A stretch of 64,000 nucleotides of DNA from Utricularia gibba (Eukaryota > Plantae > Magnoliophyta): contig CM007990.1 of the NCBI GenBank assembly GCA_002189035.1, forward strand, positions 186,001-250,000. The letters run 5' to 3'. A program made the translations under genes and the position numbers. Every line of letters begins with the position of its first letter. The stretch's first letter is position 1. The notes beneath the pieces were generated by a model. The model worked only from the letters and a program-made list of their open reading frames with translations. It did not search any database and was not told the DNA's origin. Positions 1 to 12,249 of the stretch are shown here, one piece after another.

Positions 1-91
1 TCAAACGCAAAACGGTTAGAGGACTGACTTCCCTTACTCCGGTGAACTCCAATTCTATTTTGATTCACAAACCCACTGGTTTTCTCAACAG

Positions 92-375
92 GTTACAACG
101 TTTGGTCTCCCTTCTTATACGCGAATAACGTGCCGATCGCGCCCTTCAACGGGCTGCAGCTCACTTCGGATCAAAACGCCGGCAGGGTGCCGATGGTGAT
201 CAATCTGAACACGCGCGTACGGTGGCGCGTGGGGCTCTTCATCTCCGGGAGATATCACTTCCACGTGACGTGCCCCACCACCATCCCAATCGGCAACCCC
301 GGCGGCTATGGAGTCCTCGTGCAAGGGAACGCCATCAAGTACCATCTCTCACAGAGCTGCAAAGTGGATGTCTGA
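92..375 (+). CDS. NDR1/HIN1-like (LEA_2 domain) protein, NHL1/NHL12 type; 3' part only
   Basis: Frame reads GYNVWSPFLYANNVPIAPFNGLQLTSDQNAGRVPMVINLNTRVRWRVGLFISGRYHFHVTCP...SCKVDV*, the typical NHL1/12 C-terminal half. An in-frame TGA at 61-63 and a tttctcaacAG acceptor at 90-91 suggest an upstream intron; the 5' part is outside the window. Confidence 0.8.
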
Positions 376-1961
376 AACACAAAACTACAGTAACTGCCAA
401 TTTATTTTACCTTTTTTTTTTTAAAAAAAAATGTTGTCTTCTACACAAAATTACAAACGATGTAACATTCCAGCATATGTGAAATCATATCTGATGGTTA
501 ATTCCAGATGAATTTCAATTTCCGCTACTAATTCTTCTGAAGAACACTCAAGAGTCCGATTTCTCACACCTTTTGCAGAAAAGGGCAAGATCAGTTCTCC
601 TCTTCTTCAAGAAGCCAACCCATTTGACTTAACATCGTGCCAACTCCTTTTTCAGTTCCCCTCGTTTCAAAAATTACTTCTTTACACGTGTTTAAAAATT
701 GGTGAACTCAGAAGTCCCCAAATAGGATTCTTCTTTCCGAAATATAAAATCAGAAAAAGCCGTACCAGTTCAATTCAAAATAGGGTGATGTTTAGCCATC
801 ACGACGCAATGCCATGTGATCAATCCCAATCAGCTTTTCTTCTCCTTTAAATAACAAAGATTCCCAACATAAAACCATTCTACCCATACAATAACAAGAA
901 TACGAATCATAAGGATAAGATGCCGAGATGGGTGTGGCGCAGCACGAAGAAGCTCAAGTAGCAAGCAAGCAACCGAGATGGGTGCCGAGGGCCACGTTAG
1001 TAGATGCTGATAATGTAAACGTATAGGCGACATAATGGAATGGGGGCGCATAATTATCCACCCTACGGCGGTAACCCTTAATTAACCTGATCGCATTTTT
1101 TTATCTTCTGGGCGATCTGAGGAACTGGAGCCCTCCCCTCCTGGACTGGAGACACCAGAACGAGCACTGAGCAGTGTGGTTGGTATTTGGGAGAACTTCG
1201 TTTTCGATAAATGTGTGGGGGTCGGTCTATTTGTTGTGTTATCGGGGAGGTTCGGTCGTCCTTTTCAATTGTCCATCGCCTCCAGATCTTCCATGGCTCC
1301 ATATCCTTGAAAGGACAAGGCAATTCCAAACACGTCGAGGAGAGGAGCGCTCATGTCTACACCCTACCCTCCTCCAATTGCTTGCTTTTCCATTCTATGT
1401 TGACTATGGCGATGCAAGATCTACAGCTATGATGGCAAGAAAGTAGCACCTTTTTTTTTTTTTTCTAACATCACGAGAAAACCTAGCTATGGTCCGAAAG
1501 AGAATCTCTCTTATCTGGGGAATTGGCTGACAACTGTGGGCCGGGATGGGCTCACTCGGTCTTGTCCAATTCACGGCACTAGAGATAAGCCCAGTTTGGA
1601 AATGGGCCCGAGTCCAGACGCGCAAAGGGGATTTACTTTTTGGTGTGCATTCCCGATTTTAGCCTCGGAAATGGGTAGGTAGATGAACGAACAGGATGCT
1701 GTTTCCGCATTCATCACCGCTGGCCACTTAACGAGAATTGATTGCGGCATTTGTCCGTTGCATTGTATTTTTCGTTCCGTGAGAACCGCAGGCGTCCCCA
1801 CGTCCGCCGCGACGGCTCAGAGAACGCGCCGTGGGGATCGGAAGACCGTATCGAATTTCAAAAAAAGTATTTTTCCCACGGCGGAGAACGTGAAACAATA
1901 ATGTCCAGCAAAAGAAGGCTGACGAGAGTAGAATGGGAATCGTTAAAAGTAGGAACAAGAA

Positions 1962-2687
1962 TCAACGCCAAACGAAATTGCACCTTTGCGATCGGAACGC
2001 AGCGGGGGCGGTGGTATTGGAAGTGAAGGGAATGTCCAAATTGCAGTCAATCCTCGGCCTAAAGCTCATGGATCTCACAATCCAGAATCTCAATCTGGAT
2101 CTGATTCGAAGCTGTACATCAATGCCGAAAACCCCGGAGTTCCTATCGCTGTCGTAGTTCGATAAACCGTCGCCTCCGAGAAGAAGGGTTGTTTGACCGG
2201 CGAATCGAGCAGTCACGTTGTTAATTGCACGCTGGCCCTGGTAGAACGGCGGTATTTCCGCGGTGGCAAACCTCTGACCTTGGTAAAAGGCGTCGGCGTC
2301 GATCTGGTCGTAGTAGATGCCGATACGGCTGTTGGTGTTCTGAATGGTGAGATTGAGAACCAAATTGTACTGGAGAGTATTATTGTTGCTGAGATTGAAA
2401 CCGGTGAGCGCCGCGTCGGAGGTGGTGAATCTCACGGCGTTTGGTCGAAATATCAGCCACAAGACAAAGATGACGATGCCGACTAGAACGAGGACCGTGC
2501 AGAGGATTTGGAAGATGCAGGTGCATATTAGGTTGGCAATGCAGCTGCAGCAGCAAGTGAAGGGATTACAGCAGCACCCGTCTCCTCCTCGGCTTCTCCC
2601 TGGACGATAATAAGTCGCCTGCGGCGGAGGCACCGCCGGCCCGAAGTAACCGCCGTTCAGATAAGATTGTTGCTTTATTTCTCCCAT
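1962..2687 (-). CDS. NDR1/HIN1-like protein, NHL3/NHL10 (HIN1/YLS9) type; intronless
   Basis: ATG at 2687. SYLNGGYFGPAVPPP, Cys-rich CCCNPFTCCCSC, TM segment ending WLIFRP, LEA_2 motifs IGIYYD and FYQG, C-terminal CNLDIP...CNFVWR. Confidence 0.9.
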   Translation of the reverse strand: MGEIKQQSYLNGGYFGPAVPPPQATYYRPGRSRGGDGCCCNPFTCCCSCIANLICTCIFQILCTVLVLVGIVIFVLWLIFRPNAVRFTTSDAALTGFNLSNNNTLQYNLVLNLTIQNTNSRIGIYYDQIDADAFYQGQRFATAEIPPFYQGQRAINNVTARFAGQTTLLLGGDGLSNYDSDRNSGVFGIDVQLRIRSRLRFWIVRSMSFRPRIDCNLDIPFTSNTTAPAAFRSQRCNFVWR

Positions 2688-4638
2688 CACCAAATTGAAG
2701 CAACGGAACAATAATCAGTGTTCGGAATTTAAAATGAGGTATACGTTATGCGGATCTCCCATACGACGACGTTTAGAGGAGAACTGTCGCATTTTGTATT
2801 CTGGGCTCCACTTGTAAACGCAAGCCCAACAACACCGACTAGATGAAGTAAATAACATTTACCCCTCGCCGGCGCCGTCGAAACACTAGGAGTGGTGTAC
2901 GGCGTAGTATCCGTACTTTCGCCGTCGTCTCCCACAAGTGTACCTACCTTTTGTCAATTTGAAACAATCTTTCAGTCTAAGCGCACTCGCGGCTGTTTCT
3001 GTCAGAAGACACCGCTGCTTCTCCGCTCATCGTGAAGCATCAACTTCAATGACAACCGCTTCCAATTATTTCCGATTGGAATTCGCGCATCGATGAGGTT
3101 AATTTCGTCGCGGTGAGCGCGATCCCGAAGCGCCGCCGCCACTCATTCTGTTGTGCTCAGCTGCAACAGGGTGATTCTTTTCTCCCGATGGTAAAGTGGA
3201 CTTACTTTTTCTGTAGTTCGTAATATCTAATGGATGGAACATTAACCAGCTTTCACCTCTTCTCTTACCCAATGCAGCTTCGAGACTATGATTTCTGATA
3301 CGTATTTTTGTACAAGTAAAATCGTTATCACAGAGAGCCCGCTGCAACAGTTACCTCAGGTAAACGTCAAATGTACATTCTGCATTTATAACAGATTCAA
3401 TTTCGAATTCGAACGTTGTGGCGGTTTAACAGGCCCAAGAATGTTGGGTGGTTGTAGTTCATCCACCCATCCCAGGAGGCCCATTACCACCACCACGACG
3501 ACCCTTGCTCTTGGTTCTTCCTCCAAAAGAAAGGACACACAGTGCTTGTCATTCGGGGTTATGATTCTGCCCACTGCTTTTCGTTTTCACATGACTTGAA
3601 CTAAACGACGTTGCAAATAATGGATGCGATGCCATAGATGGAGGAGGGGGAGGAATACTCAGAAAGCAATGAATACGGAAAAAGGCAAAGGCGTTTTAAA
3701 GGCGGAGGAGGGATTAAAGTTGTCTTTTCGTTTTGCAGTCCACGAACGAGTGTCAAAAGAGCAGCTTTTTCTCGCCCAAAGGGCGCCCACTTTCCACCAC
3801 CTCCTGCATCTTTGCATCATCCACTCGCAGGCAGGTTTCCATTTCATTCCACTCCTCCACACCCAGGCCAGGTGGTTTGGTTAGGTTAGTTTTCCCAGCA
3901 TCCTAAACCTCGTCTCCACAGCCATCCATAGCTGTGTCCAGGGATCGGAGATCATCCTCCCACCCGCTCATTAGTCGCCAGGATTGATTACGACGCTAAT
4001 CCTGGTGTAATAAAGTGGGAAAGCGCACAGCCTCCATTCCATTCCACCGGGATGATGCATGCTTTTGGAGATTGTTGGACTATCAATCATCAACCCACAA
4101 TCAATTACCACCGGCTTTTCGACATAATACTTACTATAAAGTAGTCACGGCATTAAGTACAGTTCCTTTGTTTAAAGAGATCATCCCAGGACCTGCCACG
4201 TCCTCCAACACCAATCTTAAACGAACCAACCGGATTGTTTCTAAATTTAGAATGTTCCAGTCTATGAATTTGATCATAACGCATATTAGAGGATGGAAAT
4301 TTTTCTAATTGGTCTGATTTTTGAATTCATTTTAGTATACAGCTTCCGTGATTGATTATCGGATAAGAATGGGGCTGTGATGAACCAAAACATGCATTTA
4401 GAGATATGGTATCATTGTTCCACTTTCAAGATATGGGTCTGGAAAAGTTATTCCATCTCTCAAAAGCCGCGCTTTCTTTTAATTTCAGATAAAAACGGGG
4501 ATTTTCGCCCGATCGGAGGGCCGTTTTCGAAGGACTAACAACTGTTTCGGACAATTTGATCGATGATTTGCAAGGGAAATCACACCAACTAAGAAGCGCT
4601 TTACAGGATTGGTTAAAGCGGAAATGTTTCTACATGTC

Positions 4639-6284
4639 CTAGAGTTTAAACACCGGGCCCTGGTCAAGACTTCCACGTATCCCCAGTTCTGCATCACCGC
4701 CCTGGATCTCGAGAGTTTCGTCGTCTAAACGAGCGTTTAAGTCCAGTTCAACATGAGATGATACGGATCCGTTTTCGAGCCTCTTTGTCCTCCGCGAGCA
4801 GGCGGTTTCCGGTGATCCATTGTCAACGGCACTCTTCGGTGACGTTTCCATTACTTCGCTGGAGGAAACAGAGTTGATGGATGTGAAAATGTTGCATTCC
4901 CAACGCTGATTAGTATTCTGTTTGTCGGTGGAAAAGTGGAAAGAATTTGATGAAGCGGAAGGGAATGTCGGGCCAAAAGAAAACGTTTCAGGCTCGGCTG
5001 GGAATTTCGTCGACCACTTGGTGGTGTCCTCATCCTCTGCACCTACTACAGAAGCTTCCAAGTCTTCGCCTCTGGATATTAAAAAAAACAGACCAATGAA
5101 AATGAGGATGAAAAGCAGTGAAATTGTTGATTTTGATGCATGATCCAACATACCCAGAATGTGAAATGAGACTCAGACCCAAACTATTAGCAGGAACAGT
5201 TACTGGGTGAAGTCCCCATATTGATTCGAGCGAGCGGCAGCCGTTTTTGCATCTCATGTAAGTTTGAAACGTAGCGATTCCCATTAGCCAAAATCGCCCA
5301 ATTTCTCCGACATCCGAGACCAATCTCCCGATCTCCATAATCATGTACTCTACACAGCTTCTGTAGTAATCATTTTCTCGCTCTATGTTTACAGTGTAAT
5401 GGCTGATCCAATTCAAATCTCCCAAGTATAAAACGACCCCTTTTCCGGCGAGACCCTGAACCAAGTTACTCAATTCCATCATTTTCCGGCGACCCAAGTC
5501 GCCATCGAGATCGCAGAAGGAATGCAGAGGAGGGATGGTTACGAATTTCACGTTTCTGAAATCTTCAACTACTTCTTCCATATCAACCAAATTCATCAGC
5601 TCCTTGATTGTAGCTTCCAGCTTTGAAATGCATTCTCCTACTATGACGAAACTCCGTCTTCTTCTGTTGGTGATCAGTGCCTCAATAATGGAGTACACAT
5701 CGTGTCTCCTAATTGCGGAACAGGGATTGTTGAGTTTGACATCTTGCTTTCATTTGATTTCTGGGAACTCATCTCCAAAGAAACCGCCTTTTCAACATTC
5801 GATTTGATTCGGGAGCTGCAGAAGCCAGCTTCCTTCATAACTCTGCTGACACTGGGATCATCCAGTATGGACACGATCAGCTGCTCGAGTTCGATTTTCG
5901 ATACACTCAACTGCTTCTGACTCTCAACCGCTCCGCGGCGGTGGTGAGCTTGAGCCCTTTTGAAAGCTGCAGCGAGAGCGTTCGAGGGTGACGGGTAACA
6001 TCGCCGGCCGATGACCGCGTCGGCCGTGGAGGAGGACGAAGAGGGGAGGCGGTTAAGAGCAACGCTGAAACAGAGCTCGAGAGCCTTGCACTGAAGAGGA
6101 TGTGAATTGGATTGCAAGCAGGCTGCTCGAAGTACCCCGGCTGCCTCCGACAGCATGGTGGTGGCGACGTGGAGGGGGTCACCTGTGCATGCCCTCGCCT
6201 CCGCGCGAGATCCACCGCCTGTTTCACCACCGCGGCAGCCTCCCCGCGGAGAGATTGATGTCCCCCATAACCTCGTGGTTTCAT
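4639..6284 (-). CDS. SMXL3: SMAX1-like protein of the SMXL3/4/5 clade, internally shortened (N + D1 + EAR-like C-terminus); two -1 frameshifts in homopolymers
   Basis: [95 protein letters not shown]. Intron 5153-5072 (GT-AG, phase 2). C-terminus VELDLN...[15 protein letters not shown]. Frameshifts at G5 6174-6178 and near 5749-5751. Confidence 0.85.
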
Positions 6285-7330
6285 ATTCCCACCTTCCGTT
6301 GCCCGCTCCCCTCCTGCAACTCTATATTTAAGTGGGATCTCATTCCTCCCAAGTCCACCCCTTCCTCAACATGAATTCATTAGAAAATACAGTCAAAACC
6401 CACTCACAAACAACATCACTTTGCCTGACACTCACATTAAACTACAATTTTGTTTTTTAAAACTCAACAATACCCTGTTTATTGGAATTGTTGTGCATAT
6501 AATTTTTCCTTCGCAGTGAGCTTAACAGAAATTGGAAAAATTCCATGGCAAAAAGCAAGAGAAAGGGAGAATATTCCCAGAGAATCTTAGGGTTAGCGTC
6601 TGCAAGTGGATATGTACGTAAAGGCGCAGAGTTCTTTTCATGGAGTCCGACTGGAGTAACATAACACCGTGTTTCAAGAATACCGTTTCCAAAAACAGGA
6701 GAAGGTGGAATCCATGTTGTCACATTTCAGCACCGCCAAAGGCAACTCGCCTTTACTCCGTTTCACTATTGCTCTTTGACCCCCCCGCACACTTGTTAAA
6801 TTACATTATCCCCTCCTATCTTTTGTTTTTAATGCAAATCATGCCTATCTTCTTTCGTAGTGGGACAACACCATCCCTTCCCCAAACTTTTTGGTTATTT
6901 GATTTAATGCCGCATCTTTTTGATATTCAAGTTATGTGGAGTGGGATGTGCTATTGGAAAAGGGAGACACAGCATACTGCTTTTACAGGGAGCCAAATAT
7001 CGCAGTATTCGAGGCGTTCCAAAGGCATAAACTTTGCATGCATGAGACATGGAACGTGCTTTCGCTGCTTAGAGAATGGTACTTGAAAGCTTTATCAAAA
7101 AATGGCTAACTTTCTCCTACAAAAGGCGTTCATCTTGAGGGTGGGCTTCATGATTCTCTCTCAGTGGGGTTAGAGGTTGGGCCGGGGTTCTATTGGGTTG
7201 CTAGAGGCCCAATAGTTATAAGGCGAGAATACCGTCGATTCCTAGTTCACATTTGGCCCGGATCGAAGGGCACGGGCGGTTTAAACTCACGGAAAGCGAC
7301 GGAATATCGGAGACAGCTAAGACGAAAAAC

Positions 7331-8523
7331 ATGGCGATTCCGGGGTTGTGGATTGCGTTGCTGGTAGCATTTTCCGGCGTATTGTCCATCGGCGGATCGC
7401 GCAGCAGCGACACAAATACCGTCTTCTCCCCGTGTTCGGACGCCGTCGTGCAGAGGTCCGATGGGTTCACATTCGGTATCGCTTTCTCAGCGATGGGCTC
7501 TTTTTTATGGAACAACTCACTACATCTGTCTCCGTGCGACCGCCGCCTGTCGCTCTCTTCCGGCGGCTCGCAGATCTCTGTTTTCCGCCCTAGGATGGAT
7601 GAAATCTCGCTGCTTACTGTCAACACCTCCAGTTTCCAACCGGTAACATACTTTTTAGATTTGTAAATGGTTGGTTCTCCTCCTGATTAGGCTTACTAGG
7701 TTAGTTTGGGAATGGGGATTAATTTAACTTGCTAGGGAGGTGCCGGGGATTAATTTAACTTGCTAGGGAGATGCCTATTGCATAATTTTGCTGACTGTTT
7801 TGAAGGCTACAGGAATGATGCATCTACCGCATTTAGTTATACTCTTTTTCAAACTGACAATGGAAAATACTGACCTGCAGCATAATTCACCCTCTCTAGG
7901 AGACTTATAGTAGCACTATGACTTGGATCTGATTGGGCTAACTTTGTTAAGTTGAATCCCTGTGCCTGTGATTCTTCAGGTGTGCATTTTATGCTTCAAT
8001 GGTTTTTTGTTAACTGCAGGATTCTGTGGGTGGCTACATGGTAGCATTTGCGGGACGAAGATACGCTGCAAGATCAGCTCCTGCATTTGTTGCAAACGCT
8101 ACATTTACTGTTACCAGTTTCACCCTTGTGAGAACCAACCACAACCTGATGCAACAATCTTCACCATAAGAGTTCACTTTTATGGCTAAAATGGTGCTTG
8201 TTTTGTGCAAGGTTCTTGATTTTAGGAAGGGCAGACTCCAAAACTTGTTCTTCAAACGAGATGGCTGTGCATCCTGCTCTGGTAGATCCAACTTTGTTTG
8301 TCTCAACAACCAAGATTGTGCCATCAGAACCACCAACTGCCGCAACCGAGGTGGGTCCGTAGATTGCAGCATCGGCATTCAGCTGACATTTTCTGGCACT
8401 GATAGGCACCAGAGAGTTCTCAATTCTTGGTACGAGGTTCAAAATCTGCGGCAGTATTCTCTCTTTGGCCTCTATTCCAATCTCAGAGACTCTCTTACTA
8501 GCCAATATAACAGATTCTTTTGA
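7331..8523 (+). CDS. Conserved plant secreted protein of unknown function (Expp1-like), 3 exons
   Basis: Exons 7331-7642, 8020-8127 and 8212-8523 with GT-AG boundaries. Signal peptide, then DTNTVFSPCSDAVVQRSDGFTFGIAF, YMVAFAGRRYAARS, TSFTLVLDFRKGRLQNLFFKRDGC, FSGTD, LRQYSLFGLYSNL. Confidence 0.8.
7714..7775. repeat. 31-bp tandem duplication in intron 1 of the Expp1-like gene
   Basis: GGGGATTAATTTAACTTGCTAGGGAG(G/A)TGCC at 7714-7744 and 7745-7775, one mismatch. Confidence 0.85.
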
Positions 8524-8784
8524 TGTGTTTTTTCGAACCCTGTTCATTGAGTGTGTTTGTACCGAGAAGTTCAACGTTTGTGTGTAATTTTCCCCTCTAT
8601 GTATGTGTGTTGATTGAATCTCATTGCCATTAAGCCTCAATGACGTGCCGTCATGTGATGGTCAAAGATAGAAAAGAATGATTTCATGACAGAGAAAGTG
8701 AATCGTCTTATGAAACACATTTGTATGCAAACGCAAAGAAAACCACCATACACTCATTCATTCACACAACTGATACGCCAGACT

Positions 8785-10151
8785 TCAAACTTGAGCAAAG
8801 TTTTCACCCAGAATTAACTCACTTGGGTGTGAATCGATGTCACCAGAACCAGCTTTCTTCTCCCCTTTCTGCTCGCCCTTAGCATCGTCCGCGCAAAGAT
8901 TCGTCCCTGCCAGGAGCTCCGCGTTTGCTTCGGTTATCAATGGGGGAGTTTTCTTTACTTCTGCTTCATCGGTTTCCACCCTTCTTGCACGATCACGAGG
9001 TTTCGAGAGTTTCTTTGGAGCTGCCGAGAGATCATTGTTTCCTGGCGTGCCACTGGGCACGAGAGATGTTCCTTTCTGCTTTCCAAGCTTAGGAGACTTG
9101 GGGCGCGTAGTGGGGATCTGGAGAATAATGCAACGAACTTACAACGAAGTAGCCAAATAAAACAGATTATAGCAAGTCAAGGTCAGTGGTTGCCTTCTTC
9201 AATTCAGGTTTCGGAGGAGGTTCCTTGTAGAAATTTGGCAAAGGGGTGGCCTTGAACTTCAAGCTCTTTCTCAGACGCTTTATGTCAGCCTCTTGATTCT
9301 CCTGTAAGAAAATAGAACAAACCATTGAGACGATGAACCAATGACAAACTATGCCCCGAGCTAGTTGTTTTGGCATTAGATTTCCAAACACAGTGAACAA
9401 AAACTCAAATCACAAATCACCAGCATACAGAACATGCACTCTATCTTTAAGGAAGAACCTTAGATTTCGCTTGTAGATTGGTCTTTTCGGCTTCTTGCGC
9501 TTGTATTTTCTCCTCAATCTTTGAAAAGAACTGATACGAAAAGCACCCACTTACCATCTATAACCAGTAAAATAACAAGATGGCCCGACAAGGAGAATTT
9601 AGATGCATGACTACCTGTTTTCGTCGTTCAGCTCGCTCTTCCAACCTGAAAAAGAAGTGTGAAACATTGCTCCTCTGCTGCTGAGAAGAAAGAGCTTTGC
9701 CCCTGAAAATCCATGTACGTAGACCCATCAAGAGATCAAGTAGGTTTAAAAGGATCAAGAACTAAGAACTAGAATTTATTTCAGTACATTGTGACGCCAT
9801 GACCCCCTTTTCCTCAATTCCCATTTCACCATTTCTGGCCAAACGTGGTATGTTTGAACCCCTAGATGAAGTAGTCACGACAGTCTTATCTTTTGCACCA
9901 TTTTTCGGAGATTCCCTGATCTTAGATGTACAGTTTATCTTTTCACTGCGTTTAAATCCAGCTGACAGTTCGGAATCAGACTGATTCTTAGCAGATTTTC
10001 CATAACTTTTAGCCTCGTTTGCCTCCGACGCATCGACGGCGGTGAGGGCCTTGATCTCCTTCTTCAAGTCTTCCGACGAAAATTGAGAGCCATTGTTCTC
10101 AAAGACAACACGCTTTTCATCTTCAATAGAAGGCCCATTTTCAGATTCCAT
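8785..10151 (-). CDS. WVD2-like (WDL) TPX2-domain microtubule-associated protein, multi-exon
   Basis: Spliced exons give [12 protein letters not shown] / [24 protein letters not shown] / [36 protein letters not shown] / [12 protein letters not shown], i.e. a TPX2 domain with a KLEEK-type motif. Confidence 0.88.
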
Positions 10152-11038
10152 TGCTGCGAAATGCAGTTGCCCTGTAAAGATAAGAAAACCGGAGATTTTC
10201 ATCAGAGTGCCGCCGATCAAAGAAAACTAAGCCCAGATCCATTTCCCAGAACTAAAGAAAGATCAACTGAGAGATAGAGAGATCGCAATCTCCCATTTAA
10301 ACTCCACTGAAATGAAAATAAACCCAAAACCAAACCTCCGCCAACTTTATAGATCACCCCAAGAGGTAGAAATCCCAGTAATCAAACAGGATCAGAAAAC
10401 ACATCTCGCCCACCCCCTAACAAATCAGATTTACCAGTAGAAATGAATCTGCAAACAAGGAATCAATCAACGAATCTGAATGGCGCATTTATCTTCCTCC
10501 CCCCCGTTGAGCAGTTTTCCCAAATCCTCCCCGCCGACGGCCGTCAATGAGCCAATGACACATCAGTGATACCCCACTTACATATATGAGGTGGCTCTTC
10601 CAAAAAAAAGAAAAGAAAAACAAATTATTATGACTTTGCACGCATACTGAGATGAGGTGTCCTGTTCGTGATTGCCTGCCCTGACGGTTCAAGATGCCAT
10701 TAACAGAACTAGGAGCGGTTATGGGGTTGCGCGCTCGGAGTAGTCGTGATCGTCGGCGCAGTCCGTCCGGTCCTATACAACGATGCTGACGACCGGGCCC
10801 ACGCGTCAGCTTCCCTAACCTACCACCGTGAGCTGTCCACATCAGCGGTGGAGCCGGCAAGCTGGTGGCTTGAGCGAAGTGCATATACTAAGGACCGGTC
10901 TTGTATTGCCCGTGTCGTGTGTCATGCCCGCGTTGTATTTATATTAATCAATTTATTTATTCACCATCATTCGCATACACACGTCATCTTTCTATACTGT
11001 GCATTGCTGATGTTCTTATTCCCCTTCCTTCCGGTCAT

Positions 11039-11772
11039 CTACGTCGTCGTCTTCTTCGGTAGCCTCACGATCAGAACAGGGCACTTGGCGTGGTGCACGC
11101 AGTAATCACTCACGCTTCCCAGAAACGCCCTGCGCTTCCAAGAAAAAGTAACCATCAGAAGCATTCACACGACAACTGCTTACACAAATTCGACAGCTCG
11201 CCTCTTGATCTGCCCTAGCCCGCGGCTGCCCACGACCAGGAGATTGATTTTCATCTCTTCCACGGCGGAGCAAATCTTGTCCTTCGGGTCGCCCTCGAGA
11301 ATAAGGGTCTTCGCGTTCACCTGCGTCCATCGACAAGGCCAAAACCATAGGTTCATATATATAAACAGCTGATTGAAAAAAAATAAGAAGAAATTTTAGA
11401 GCATACCGATTTCTCCTTGCAGAGATCGTATGCACGGGAGAGTATTCTAGCGGCGTTCTCTTCTTGAGCCTTACTCGCAGATTCAACCACTGGATTCACG
11501 ATTCATACTACTGAGTAATTCTGTATAATTTACATGATCAATCCCAGACCTTAGATTTTTCAGTTACCGTGTCCGCTGGGGAAAGCGTAACGAGGCATGG
11601 GCTCCATTACATGGACGACGGTCAAAATTTGTGAAGGGCGTTTGATGATCGTATCCAGAGTCCACTGGAGAGAGCTGAAGCTGTCGTCACTGTCGTCGAT
11701 CGCCACCATCACGTGCATCGGCTTCTCTTCTTCGGCTGCCGCCGGTTCTTTGCCGGGAACCTCCGTCTCCAT
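11039..11772 (-). CDS. Universal stress protein A-like (USP) family protein, 4 exons
   Basis: VMVAIDDSDDSFSSLQW...LTVVHV; ILEGDPKDKICSAVEEMKINLLVVGSRGLGQIKR / AFLGSVSDYCVHHAKCPVLIV. The last intron (11201-11130) has a GC donor. Confidence 0.92.
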
Positions 11773-12249
11773 CGCTACTGTCTGTGTAGAAAGACGACGC
11801 TGTTACAAACGGCGACGAGCTCAGGGTAATGACCTGATTTTTATCGTCATACGTAGAAATGGATTGCTGTTACTGCATGCACGCCACGTGCACCGACGCA
11901 CGCAACCGTTGTCTATCTTCTGAAGCCTTACGATAAAACTTGTCTACGAATGTACGAGTCACTCGTACAACATTTTTTAAAGTAAATATAAAAATTTGCA
12001 TCAATTTTTAGAAATATACTTTAGTATAAAGTCGTCTATTTTATTTTATATTCCAACGATAAATAATACATTTATTTTATTTGACAGGTGCACGTGAACC
12101 AAACATGTAAAATGGGGTGGGATGGTGCTCAACTGATAAGACGCAATTGCCCTTGCTTACTAAACTGAGATTTCACCTTTGAGAGGACAAAAATGGAAAA
12201 TGAATTCGAGAAAGAATTGCAAAATAAGTTTTTGAATCATATTTTTACA

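Noticed and set aside
830-1500. Short ORFs between the two NHL genes as a small signalling peptide gene
   Set aside because: No signal peptide and no clear CLE/CEP/PIP/IDA motif; the frames are short and inconsistent.
2729-3600. Exon-like minus-strand fragments upstream of the NHL3-like gene
   Set aside because: I could not assemble a coherent spliced ORF or recognise homology.
5674-6284. SMXL3, CIA2 and bHLH35 as pseudogenes
   Set aside because: The lesions are single-base shortfalls in homopolymer runs and the rest of each gene is intact, so sequencing error is more likely. Read data are needed to be sure.
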